From Squalus acanthias (taxonomy: Eukaryota): a DNA stretch of 64,000 nucleotides. The position numbers and the translations under genes were made by a program. Location of the stretch: NCBI GenBank assembly GCA_030390025.1, contig CM059449.1, forward strand, positions 21,390,001-21,454,000, read 5' to 3'. Below, piece after piece: positions 24,435-36,320 of this stretch; position 1 is the stretch's first letter, and every line of letters begins with the position of its first letter. The notes under the pieces were generated by a model that was given only the letters and a program-made list of their open reading frames with translations, was not told the origin of the DNA and searched no databases.

Positions 24435-25497
24435 GGGAATGGGTTGAGTGCAGACATTAATCGTGCAGCCAAAATTAACAGCCACTTGGATCAGCATGGA
24501 CTAATAAATGAGAGTAAGCATAGATTTACTAAGGAAAATCGTGTTTGACTACCTTCATTGAGTTTTCTTATGATGTATCAGAAATAATAAATGAGGTTTT
24601 TGCAGTTGATGTAGTGTATATGGCCTTTCAAAAGGTTTTGATAAAGTACCATATACTAGGCATGTTACCAAAATTGACGCCCATTGGGAGAAAAATGTGC
24701 AGCAGCAGCATGGATACATAATTCGCTAAGTGATAGATAACTGAGAGATGTGGTCAATGGCTGGGTTTTTTTCGGACTGGAGGTAAGTATACAGTGGTGT
24801 TACGCAGTGTTCAGTACTAGGACAACTTTTGTTTTTGATACACATTAATGACTTGAACTTGGGGCGGTGGGGGCGAGACAAGGAAAAATTTCGACATTTG
24901 CACATGGCCCATAACTTGGAAGTGTTATAAATAGTGAGGAATGGTATTTCGGTCTGAGCTGGAGCATTGTTTCCTATTCTGGGCGCCACACTTTAGGAAC
25001 GACGTCAAGGTTTTGGAGAGGTACGGAACTGATTTACTAGAATGTTTCCAGGGATAAGGAATTGCACATTACTTGGATAGACAAGAGAGGCTCGTGTTGT
25101 TCTCCTTGCAGCAGAGAAGACTAAGAGCAGATTGACAGAGTTGTTTAAAATCTTGAAGGATTCACAATCAATAAATAAAGAAAAACAGTTTCCAATGGCT
25201 GAAGGTTCGACAACAAAAGGAAAGAGATTTACGGTGATTGGCAAATCAATCAGAGGCGACATGAGGAAAAGCTGTTTTACAAAATGATTGATTACGATTT
25301 GCAATAGATTGGCTGATAGTGTGGTGGATACAGATTCAATAGTAGACTTCAAAATTGAACTGTATAAGTAATGGATGGAGGATAATTGCAGGGATATGAA
25401 AAAAACGCGGGTGAGTGGGACTAAGTGGATTGCTCTACGAAAATGCCGGCACAGACTCGAAGGACCGAATGTGCTGTACTAATCTATAATTCTAAGA
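24435..25497 (+). mobile_element. CR1 LINE RT/3' fragment (old)
   Basis: DVVYMAFQK-like and SGVTQCSVLG-like remnants, followed by a CR1 3' UTR ending TCTATAATTCTAAGAT. Confidence 0.8.
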
Positions 25498-25504
25498 TAG
25501 TAAT

Positions 25505-26357
25505 AGACTTCAATAGAACATAGGCAGGCTGGTGGAATGGGCGGCCACAGGGCAGATGAAATTAATCGCAGCAAATTCCGAGGTGATACATTCTGGTAGG
25601 AAGTATGAGGAGAAACAGTGCAAGCTAAATGGAACAATTTCAAACTGGTGCAAGAATAGAGAGACCTGGGGGTGTTTGTGCATAAACCTTTGTGGCAGGA
25701 ATGTTAGCAAAGCTGTGAATAAAGCATAATGGATCACAGCTTTATTAATATAGGCATGGAGTACAAAAGCCATAAAGTTAAGCTAAACCTATATAAAACA
25801 CTTGATCGGCCCCAGCTGGAGTATTGTGTCCAATTCTGTGCACCACACTTTAGAAGTGACTTGGAGAGGATATTGAAGACATTTACTGGCATGGTTCCAG
25901 CGCTGAGAGATCACAGTTACGTGGACAGATTGAAGAAGCTGGAGTGGTTCTCCTTGGAGCTGAGAAAGCTAAGAGCAGACTGGATAGACGTGTTTAAAAT
26001 AAGTAAGGCTTTAGATAAAGTAAATAAAGAGAAAATGGTTCCAATTTCTGAAGGGTCGATAAGCAGAGGGCACAGATTTAAGGTAATTGACAAAAGAACC
26101 AGAGGTACATGAGGAACAACTATTTTACTCAACGAATGGTTAGGATTTAGAATGCACTCCCTGATAGAGTGGAGGAAACGGATTCAATAGTAAGTTTCAA
26201 AATGTAATAGGATAAATACTTGAAGAAGAGTAAAATGCAAGGCTATGTTAAAGAGAGGGGGAGTGGGATTAATTGGATTGCGCTACGAAAGAGCCGGTGC
26301 AGACTCGATTGGCCGATTGGCCTCGTTCTGTGCTGTACGATTCTATGATTCTATAAC
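25505..26357 (+). mobile_element. CR1 LINE 3' fragment
   Basis: ORF 25729-26112 (LYKTLDRPQLEYCVQFC...LRADWIDVFKI...SRGHRFKV); tail GATTCTATGATTCTAT. Confidence 0.9.
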
Positions 26358-26479
26358 TACTGTTTGCAAAGTTTCGGTAGTCATGCATTAGCCATTATAT
26401 TTAATGCTGGTACAGTAATATGTGAGCACGACTTAGACCAGTCAATTTCGTTCTTTCGTTCATCTTTTTTCCATTCTGC

Positions 26480-26618
26480 CTGTCTCTCTCTATATATCTC
26501 TCTATTTTTCTATATATCGATACATCAATCTATCGTATATCTATTTATCGTCTTTCTATTTCTCTATCTCTATCTATCTATCGATCTATCTATCTCTATC
26601 TTTCAGTCTATCAACCTA

Positions 26619-26665
<47 letters not shown>

Positions 26666-26740
26666 AACTATCTATCTATCCATCTATTTATCTATATATC
26701 TATCTACCATCGACCTATCATCTATTACTAGCTATCTATT
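26480..26740. repeat. Compound (TCTA)n/(CT)n microsatellite
   Basis: Directly visible. Confidence 0.95.
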
Positions 26741-26972
26741 GTGTCTGCCATAAAAGTCTTTTGGACGTTTGAAGTTAAAATTTCGAGGAACAATTTAAGA
26801 CGTTACATGAAGGTGATCGGAAAATATGTAGAAATAAATTTGCATATAAAGTTATATATATATGTCTGCCTCGGATCTCTATCTGTGCGTTAAGCCATTT
26901 ATCTTCTATCTCACAGAAGTTTTTAGTAAATTGTAGATTGTTGTTGCAGGTTCGTTTTCTTGTTGATATGTT

Positions 26973-28000
26973 TCAGCGAAGCAAAGGGTGTGTATAGGAA
27001 ATACAATTTAAAGTATTATTATCGAAGATAACAGATTTTCTGTGCTTAGCAAAGTCTTTGCGAATAGCTTTTAGTTTCTCCAGTTCTGAAATCAAATAGT
27101 ACAACCATATGTTCGTATGACAGCATGCCATATAAAAGACAGTGGCCTGCACCACGATGGGCAGCAGAACTGACAATGGGCACCATGCTTTACGGGGAAT
27201 TATTTTAGCAGTTACTTCCCATATTTTCCTTGAAATCTTTTCTATTGCAACTTTTGTCATAGCTTCTGTTTTCATCTCATACAACTCCTTATATATTTAT
27301 ATATATATATATATACTGATTAAAGTACCAATTTTAATTTTGTTTATAAATATAGAATAATTATGGTATGGTTTTTCAATTTTAGTTGAAATATCCTGCA
27401 CTGGTGACCAACTAACCATGACTATTATGACCGTCTGCATTTCTTTAAAAATTATTTCCACTAAAATATTTTAAAATGCCGCATCGGTGTCACTCCATAA
27501 TTTTAGTTGCTTCCTTATTTTGACATGTTCATTTAACTGTGCATTGCGACACGACTATAGTGTGAAATTACTGTCTGTCATATTAATAAGCTGACCTTGA
27601 TCGTGCAACTTTCATAAATCCAACCATTGATTGTTTTGGCGGACTTAGGCAAACCATGGCAGAAATCAATTGACGACGCGTTCCACTGCATTGGCCCCCC
27701 ACCACCTCCCCCCCCCCCCACACCCACATTTGTCGACGGGTAAGTGTTGCCGCTTGTGGATTGTTACATACTAAAACATAACAATGCGGGATTGATATCT
27801 CAGGCATGGTTCCCGACATTTTCAGTCGGAGTGCTGGACAAACGGGACAACTGGTATGCCTCAGTTCCGAGCATTCCTTGGGGAATCTAAAGTAACAACT
27901 GACGATAGCCTGCGAAAGTGCTTTCAGACTACTGGATTGCGAACGCCCCATCAATAAACTTATCTTCAATTTTTTATGGCATAACATGGAACAAATAGGG
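26973..28000 (-). mobile_element. Env/fusion-glycoprotein-like remnant, frameshifted and interrupted by (TA)n and poly-C runs
   Basis: Cys-rich pieces (PEISIPHCYVLVCNNP, LPVDKCG), N-glycosylation sequons (NMT, NFT, NYS), a helical stretch ELYEMKTEAMTKVAIEKISRKIW and a hydrophobic segment LSVLLPIVVQATVFYMACC followed by a charged tail. Confidence 0.4.
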
Positions 28001-28989
28001 TGATGGCGACGATATCTTCTCCTGTGGCCTGCCGCTAAAATCTCCGCGCTCATGGTGCCGACCCTCCCGGGAAGAGGCAACTAAACGCACCGCTGAACAA
28101 TCGTCCAGCGTGGAAAAACCGCTGGGATCAGCAAGGCATCTCAAGAGTGCCATGAACTTCCACGCTATAGAAGATCCCCAGCAATTCCAGAGTTTAGTTC
28201 GTAAGAAGTACAAGTCAGCAGAAAAAGCTGGTGATCCGTGGATGATAGAAACATTTAAATGAATATGAAACCGAAACTATTCAAGGCAAATATTACACAA
28301 TGATATCTAACAGAGCAGTGATCATATAGAGAAGATACAAAAATAAAAAATCAATGAAAAAGTTAATTTGAAGAATGAAAAAAAACTTGCAGGTGACACA
28401 AAGGGAGGTCGTAAAAGAATTTATAAGTGCATAAAAAGTTTAAATTAAAGGGACCGTACGACCAATTACAAATGGAATAGGAAGAAATGATGGAAACTCT
28501 AAGGTGTAAATTTGAACCTAACTTGCAAGTCAAGAAAATGAAGGGATCGGGTGCCACGCTGGTTATACAGTTATCCGATTTCACCCGCCATTTATTCAAT
28601 GGAGAGCATTATTGGACGAGGTGTGAAACCAGCGGGAGTCATTTATTTCAGTTACTGGGCGGGAATCCCACGAGGTCAGGTGGAGCGCTAGTGTCACACT
28701 ATCCAAATGTGCAGACAATACTAAATAGGCTAACCGTGAAGAGTGCGAAGAAAGTCATCCAGAGCGAAAGAGCGAGCATTCACAAAGCACCTTTTGGAAT
28801 AAATTTTCAATGATAGACTTGTCTGCGAAGTTGGCATAGCGAGCTTCCCATGATTAAATGGCTCGATTTCTTTTTTCATTGATGTAAACGAAAGCTAATA
28901 ACAGGTAGTTTCTATAACCCGGTTATTTATCCCAAAATTCCAGTTTTACGCTTGGGTGGAAGGTGAAAATGTGCATCTCTTTGCTTTAT

Positions 28990-29245
28990 GATTCCCAAAT
29001 CGGTTCACAAGCAGTGAATTACTTTTGAAGGTGGTTAGTATAATTATGTTGCAAAATTGAACAGGATTTTTTTACACAGTAAGGTCCAGACACACTGAAA
29101 TGAAATATATGATCAGATAATCCCTGGCTGAGGGATAAATGTTTGTTCGAAGAGTTCCCCAGTTCTTCGAAAGATGCCCTGGGATATCTTTTAGATTCAG
29201 TTCAACGGAACAACTTGGTTTATGACATCATATTACGAACGGATA
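28990..29245 (-). mobile_element. Deu-domain SINE fragment
   Basis: Reverse complement of the Deu core (TGAGGGATAAAT...TTCTTCGAA...CCCTGGGAT). Confidence 0.55.
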
Positions 29246-30336
29246 CAGGTTATTTAAAATGTTTAGAGGTTTGGATCAAATATTATGGCGTAAAACATTT
29301 ATATTGAATGTTGAGTTAGCAAAAATAATGCAAAGAACTAGAGTCATCACGAAAAGAGGTTACACAGAACATTGCCAGGACACTGAAAGCCGTACAGGAA
29401 GCCATAGTTGAATCTGATTGTCTAATAGTTGTATATAGATCAATATTTAAAAGGATTAATGGGAACGAATAAGAATCTGAAACAAAAGCAATCGCAATGG
29501 AATAAAATGGTGCAATCGGATGAATTGCTCCATGGCATTCCTTTGCTCAGTGATTCATGGACAGATAATCGTATTTATGTTATCCTGATAAGCGCCCTTT
29601 TTCTAACCTATGGTACCGCTTCAGCTTATTAAATAACATTATTTGGCTATCCCTCAGCATTATCTTTCCAACGAAAAGAGTCCCAGCCTGCTGAGCATTT
29701 CCTGATGGTTAAAAGCTCTGAATTCTGGTATCATACTTCTACTTCTTGTTTGCACCTTTATGTATGTATTTATTATTCATTTATTAACTTTATATATTTA
29801 TTTAAATGATAATGAGCAGTGCTCGATTGTGCAGCAGTGGCCGTTTTATTGATAGTTGGAGCTGCTTAGTGCTGCCCCTCTGAGGCACTGGAGTCAGTGT
29901 CGGATCTGCAATTGACTGCTGCTGCCTCATGATCAGTGCTATGTACGCATAGGCTAGATGCTGCCTTGCAGGATTTTGAGTACATGTTGGATATTTAAAC
30001 ACTTTGGCCTGCCTCCTGTCACCCCGTGGGTCAACATTTTACATTCTTTGGTGGCCTCACAACTACCGATCCATGTAACCTCCTCTAACTCCACAACTCC
30101 ACAAAATCTCTGTGCCTCTGATTCTAACCTCCGTTTCACATTAGTGGCTGTGCTTTCACCCACCGATGCCAAAAGCTTCATAATTCCCTCCCTAAACTCC
30201 TCTACGTCCTTCTCCTCCGTTAAGAGCGCGTACGGTACCCTAATGGCTAAGTTACTGGAACAGTAACCCAGACGTAAAAACAGAAAATGCTGGTAATACT
30301 CAGCAAGTCAGGCAGAATCTGTGGAGAGAGAAACAG

Positions 30337-30373
30337 AGTTAACGTTTCAGGTCGATGACCCTTCGTCAGAACT
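30337..30373 (-). ncRNA. Minimal type I hammerhead ribozyme in the Penelope terminal repeat
   Basis: RNA sense AGUU-CUGACGA-AGGGUCAUCGACCU-GAAACGUU-AACU: core CUGANGA/GAAA, stem I AGUU:AACU, stem II AGG:CCU, palindromic ACGU stem III. Confidence 0.8.
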
Positions 30374-33300
30374 GGAAAAAGCTGGAGATGGAACAGGTTT
30401 TTAAGCAGGGAAAGGGGGGAAGAGACGAATGAACAAAAGTCTGTGATAGCGTGCAAGGCAGGAGAGGTAAAGGGACAAAAGGGATGATGGTGCAAGGCAA
30501 AACAAAATGGTAATGGGACAAGTTAAGCAACAAAAGTTGACTCGAGATGAATTGTAAATGGCACTTGCAGAGTGAGAGACAGCTGCCATTTGAGAGAGAT
30601 TGAAAAGTGGAAAACAAAATCGGGGCAGAGGTTTTGGTCTGAAATTGTTGAACTCGATTTGAGTCCAGAAGGCTATAAAGTGCCTAATCGAAAGACGAGG
30701 TGCTGTTCCTCGAGCTTACATTGTGCTTCATTGGAGCAGTGTAAGAGGCCGAGGACTGTGAGGTCTGAGTGGGAGTGGAGCGGAGAATTAAAGTGAGAGG
30801 CGACCAGAAGCTCCAGGTCACCCTAACGGACTGAAAGGAGGTGTTCCGCAAAGCGGACACCCAATCTGCGTTTGGTCTCCCCAACGTAGAGGAAAGCGCA
30901 TCGTGAGCAGCGAATACAGTATACTAAATTGCAAGAAGTACAAGTAAATCGCGTTTTCACCTGCAAGGAGTGTTCCGGGCCCTGGCCACTGGTAAGGGTG
31001 CAGGCAAAATGGCATGTGTGCATCTCCTGCGCTTGCACGGGAAGATGTCGAATGAAGGGGAAAGGGTGTTGGGGTGATAGAGGAGTGTACAAGGGTGTTA
31101 AGGAGGGAGCGGCCCCTTCGGTATCCTGAAAGGGGAGATGTGGGGAAGATGTGTTTGGTGGTGGGATCAAGCTGGAGGTGGCGAAATGGCGGAGGATGAT
31201 CCGTTGAATGTGGAGGCTGGTGGGGTGAAAAGTGAGGACAATTGGAACGCTATCGTGGTTCCGGGAGGGAGGGGAAGGGGTGAGAGCAAAATTGCAGGAA
31301 ATAGAATGGACATGGTCAAGGGCCCTGTCAACCACAAAAGAAGGGAATTCTCGGTTGAGGAAAAAGGAAGACATGTCAGAAGCACTAGCGTGGAAGGTGG
31401 CATAGTCAGAGCAGATGCGGCGGGAATGGAGAAACTGGGAGAATGGAATAGAGTCCTTAAAAGAAGCGGGCTTGGAGAAAGCCTTGTCCAGCAAGCTGTG
31501 GGAGTCAGTGGGCTTGTAGTGAATGTTTGTCAATAGCCTATCCCCAGAGATGGAGACAGAGAAGTCGAGGAACGGCAGGGAAGAATCGGAAATAGATGAT
31601 GTGAAGGTGAGGGAAGGGTGGAAATTGGAAGCAAAGTGAATGAAATTTTCTAGCTCAGGGAGAGAGCAGTTAACAGCACCGATACAGTGATCAATGTACC
31701 GGAAAAAGAGGAGAGGGAGGGGACCTGATTAGGACTGGAAAAAATAATGCTCCACATATCCCATGAAAAGGCAGGCATAGCTAGGACCCATGCGGGTTCC
31801 CAAAGCAAGACCCTTAATTTGGAGTAAGTGAGTGGAGTCAAAGGAGAAGTTGTTCAATGTCAGAACAAGTTCAGCCAGTCGGGGGAGGGTGGTGGTAGAT
31901 GGGGACTGGTTGGGTCTATTTTCAAGGACGAAGCGGAGCGCGCTCAGGGCATCCTGGTTGGGGATGGAGGTGTAGCGTGATTGGACATCCATAGTGAAAA
32001 GGATAAGGTTGGGGCCAGGAAAATGGAAACTGTTCAAGTTCCGGAGGACGTCGGAAAAGTCACGGATGTAGGTGGGAATAAACTGGACAAGGGGAGAAAA
32101 AATAGTGTCGAGATAGGAAGGGTGAAGTTCTGTGGGGCAAGAACAGGCTCAAACGATGGGTCTACCAGGGCAGTCCTGTTTGTGGATCTTGGGAATGAGG
32201 TAGAAGCGGGCTGTGCGGGGTTCGGGAACTATGAGGTTTGCGGCCGTGGAGGGAAAATCCCCATGGGAGATGAGGTCAATGACGGTCTTGTAAACGGTGG
32301 CTTGATGCTCGGTAGTGGGGTCATGGTCCAGGCGGAGGTAGGAGGAGGTGTCGGAGAGTTGGAATCCAGCCTCCGCTAGGTAGAGGTCGGGCCACCAAAC
32401 AACAACAGCACCCCCCTTGTCAGCAGGATTAATGACAATGTTGGGGCTTGATCTGAGAGAATGGAGTACTGCAAGTTCAGAGGGAGTTAGGTTGGAGTGA
32501 GTGAGGGAAGCAGAGATATTTAGATGGCCGATGTCACGTATGCAGTTTGCAATGGAAAGATCTAGAGAGGGTAAGAGGCCTGGGGGATGGGTCCAGATAG
32601 AACGAGAATTCTGAAAACCGGAGAAAGGGTCAGCTGTGCGGGGGCAAGACTCAAGGCCAAAGAAGTGAGCACGGAGATGAAGGCGGTGGAAAAAGAGCTC
32701 AGTATCATGCCGAGCTCGAAATTCATTGAGATGGGGGCGTAAGGGGTAGAAGCTTAGGCCTTTGCTGTGGACTGATTGTTCGGGATCAGAGTGGGGAAGG
32801 TCAGAGGGGATAGTGAAAACACGGCAGGGGGTGAGATTGGAAGAAGGGATGTGGTCAGAGGAAAGTGAAGGGGAAGAAGGTTCCGGAGGGATTTTGGTGC
32901 ACAAGAGTTGTTGAAGCTTGCGATCCTTGATACCTGAAAGAAAGAAAAACGTTTTTTGTTAAAGCGCCGGATGAGGCGAAGGATGAAATGGAATTGCGGA
33001 CCAGGACAGCTTTGAGATAGAATGAGTTGGGGCTGGTGAAGCGAGAGATCGAGTGTATTTTTGTGGCGGCGCATGGCATTCAGCATGGATCTCAGGATAC
33101 GGTGAAAGCACTGGTTCGAGAAACGCTGAATATCTTGGAGATATCTGTACTCCTGGGTGGATCCAAAACACGAAGGTGGAATTTCAATTGGAATACACGT
33201 GGAGTAAGTCGGAGCCGGAGACAGTTGCTAAGGAAAGATATGTGGCTGTGAAAGCGATTTTTTGTTGATACCTGATCAAACACGAGAAGGGAGATAAAAT

Positions 33301-33515
33301 AACAATGAAGATCAACAGGGTAAAAGAGACAAACGGAAATTCCGTCGGAGAGAAGAGCAGAACATCTTCAAGGTGGGCATTCTTAGAAGAGAGGTGGCAG
33401 TGAATTAAACACTAATACAAAAGCAAAATACTGCGGATGCTGGAAATCTGAAATAAAAACAGAAAATGCTGGAAATACTCAGCAGGTCAGGCAGCATCTG
33501 TGAAGAGAGAAACAG

Positions 33516-33552
33516 AGTTAACGTTTCAGGTCGATGACCCTTCGTCAGAACT
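33516..33552 (-). ncRNA. Minimal type I hammerhead ribozyme in the second Penelope terminal repeat
   Basis: Identical 37-nt sequence to 30337-30373. Confidence 0.8.
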
Positions 33553-34127
33553 GGAAATACCTGGAGATGGAACAGGTTTTTAAGCAAGTGCAGGGCAGGG
33601 AAAGGGAGGAGGGGAGGAAAGAACAAAAGGGAAGATCTGTGATAAGTTGCAAGGCAGGAGAGATTAAGAAACAAAAGGGATGATGATGCAAGGCAAAAGG
33701 AGATGGCAATGGGACAAGTTAAGAAACAAAAGATAGCTCTAGATGAAGTGTAAATGGAACTGGCGGAGTGAAAGACAGCTGCCATGTGAGAGAGAGAAAA
33801 AAAATGGGAAAAAAAGGATATGGGCAGAGGTTATTGTCTGAAATTGTTGAACTTGATGTTGAGTCCAGAAGGCTGTAAAATGCTTAGTCGAAAGATGAGA
33901 TGCTGTTCCTGGAGCTTACGTTGAGCTTCATTGGAACAATGTAAGAGGCCGAGGACTTTGAGGTCTAGTGGGAGTGGAGCGGAGAATTAAAGTGACAGGC
34001 GACTGGAAACTCGGGGTCACCCTTACGGACTGAATGGAGGTGTTCCGCAAGGCGGTCACCCAATCAGCGATTGGTCTCCCCAATGTAGAGGAGAGCGCAT
34101 CGTTAGCAGTGAATACCGGATACTAAA

Positions 34128-35180
34128 GCCAGAGTAACTGGTGTCCCAGAGGTCTGGACTAATGAGGATCCAGCGACGTGATTTCGAATCCCACCACGGT
34201 AGCTGGGGAATATAAATTCAATTAATTCAATCTCGAATAAAAAGCTAGTATCAATAATGGTGACCATAAAATCTTCAGATAATCGTGAATAACTCATCTG
34301 TATGCCTATGTGTAACTCCAGACCACACAACAAAGTGGTTGACACTTAACTGCCCCTCTCATTTGTAACAAACGAAAAACAATAATAAGAATAACAACGG
34401 ACGTCCCTGCCATCGACAACAGCACATCCAGCCCAGTGGACCTTGAAAAGTTCATCTCAGTAACATTTGTGTCAGAGTTGGCGGCATATTGGTATACAGT
34501 CGGCAAGGAGTGGCCCTGGGAGACCTCAACATTGACTCCGGAAACCATGAAGTCTCCTGGCCTGTTCAAGGATGTGCAAGGAAACTTCCTGCTGATTACT
34601 ACCTCCCACACTTAACTGATGAATCTCTACTCCTCCATGTTGAACACCACTTGGAAGTATAGCAAGGGTACAGAATACACTCTGGGTGTCCATCTCCACT
34701 AATGACCGAACTGGCCGAGTCCTGAATGATAAAGCTGCCAGGCTGTACCTCCGGCAGGTGGTGAGAGAACCAACACGAGGAAAAACCTACTTGGCCTGTT
34801 GCCTCACCAATCATGAGGCGTTGTAGGTCATCAATAGCAGCATAATTTCATTCCACCACAATCTGTAACCTCATGGCCCAGCATATCCAAAACACTACAA
34901 TACCATTAAGCCAGGGGACCAACCCTGGTTCAATCGGGAGTGTAGAAGATAATGCCAGGAGCAGCACCAAGCTTATCTAAAAATGAGGTGCCATCCTGTT
35001 GAAAGCTGCAACATAGGACTATATGCAACCTAAAAAACAGAAGCAGCATGCAATAGACAGTGCTAAGTGATCCCACAACCAACAGATCAGATCCAAGCTC
35101 TACTGTAGTGCCGCATCCAGTCGTGAATGGAGGTGGGCAATTAAGCAACTAACGTGAGCAGGAGGCACCGTGAATATCTC
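34128..35180 (+). mobile_element. SINE fragment (34128-34370) followed by a LINE endonuclease-region fragment of the 40783-43760 family
   Basis: The SINE body matches 35187-35550. The LINE part matches the reverse complement of parts of 42500-43400 (GGCCCTGGGAGACCTCAACATTGAC, CAGGTGGTGAGAGAACCAACACGAGG). Confidence 0.75.
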
Positions 35181-35186
35181 CATATA

Positions 35187-35550
35187 GGGTGCGGTAGCAT
35201 AGTGGTTATGTTACTGGACTAGTCATCCAGACGCCTCGACTAAAAATCTTGAAACATGAGTTCACACCCCAAATTAAATTCAGTTAATTAAATAAATCTG
35301 GAATTAAAAAATTAGTTTCTGAAATGTTGACCATGAAACTATCGGATTGTCGTAAAAACACATCTGGTTCAGTAATGTTCCTCCTTACCAGGTCTGGCCT
35401 AAAAGTGACTCCAGAACCGCAGCAATGTGGTTGACTCTTAATTGCCTTCTGAACTGGTGGCTTAGCAACACCTTCTCAAGGGCAAAAAGGGATGGGTACT
35501 AAATGCAGGCCTTCCCAGCGACGCCCACGACCCTTGCATGAATAAAAAAA
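35187..35550 (+). mobile_element. tRNA-derived SINE with a LINE-derived 3' tail
   Basis: Head GGTAGCATAGTGGTTATGTTACTGGACTAGT...GAGTTCA (A/B-box-like); tail CCAGCGACGCCCAC...ATGAATAAAAAAA shared with the LINE ends at ~49280 and ~40790. Confidence 0.75.
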
Positions 35551-35977
35551 ACTGTCTCCGGGTCTGTTGCGGCCAGCCGTTCCATGCCTCCCGCTATCCC
35601 GGTAAATGCGCAGCAGCGAAAATAACGTGCTCCAGGAAACGAAAATAAAATGATCTTTGCAGAATGGAGCACTGCAATAGTGGGACGCTTTCGGTTTACG
35701 GGCAGAGTTGTAAAACTCCCCGGCGACCATCTTGGTAAAGAGCTGGACCTGGGTGTGGAGCCTCCATGTGGGTAATGGGGCTCATTCTCTAGCGCTGTGC
35801 ATTCTGCGAGAGATACGTATAGATCACCGCGCCTGTTTGGGCAGCGAGAGGAAGTCAACGGCAGCGCTGCCACAGGTAGCGTTGCGAGAGACAAAGATAA
35901 AATAAAAAATGTTTTGACATACAAGAGACTAACATGAAAATAAAGAGTGTGAATAGTTAAATTATTACATTTTTGTA

Positions 35978-36320
35978 GGGATTTGATAGTGCAGAGCGAC
36001 AGAAATTATTTCCTCTGGCGGGGTGTTCAAAAAATGCGGGCATAGCCTTAAAATGAATTCTAGTCCCTTCAGGGGTGTTGTCATGAAGCACTTCTTCATA
36101 CAAGGGGTAATGGAAATGTAGAATTCTCTTCACCCAAAAAGCGGTTGAGGTTAGTCAATTGAAATGTAAACACTAAGATCGATAGATTTGTGTCAGGTAA
36201 GGATATTTAGTGATATGGAACCAAGGTGAGTAATTGGAGTTTAAATAATCAACAGATCTGATCTAAGTGAATGGCAGAACAGTCTGGAGGTGCTGAATGG
36301 CCTACACCTGTTCTTATTCC
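35978..36320 (+). mobile_element. CR1 3' fragment
   Basis: GGATTTGATAG...TTTCCTCTGG...GGGCATAGCCTTAAAAT...GAATGGCCTACACCTGTTCTTATT. Confidence 0.8.

Larger units (their letters stand above)
30275..34125 (-). mobile_element. Penelope-like retroelement (RT + GIY-YIG endonuclease), near full length, with direct terminal repeats at ~30275-30925 and ~33420-34125
   Basis: INPADKGGAVVV, RTARFYLIPKIHK...GRPIV, FTMDVQSRYTSIP, QIKGLALGTRMGPSYACLFM, IHYKPTD, NLVYCIRCSRCAFLYVGETKRRLGVRFAEH. About 650-700 bp are repeated at both ends. Several frameshifts. Confidence 0.95.

Noticed and set aside
26364-26753. Hydrophobic 129-aa ORF
   Set aside because: Translation of the (TCTA)/(CT) microsatellite.
31138-32379. 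Gly/Val-rich plus-strand ORFs
   Set aside because: Antisense to the Penelope RT ORF.
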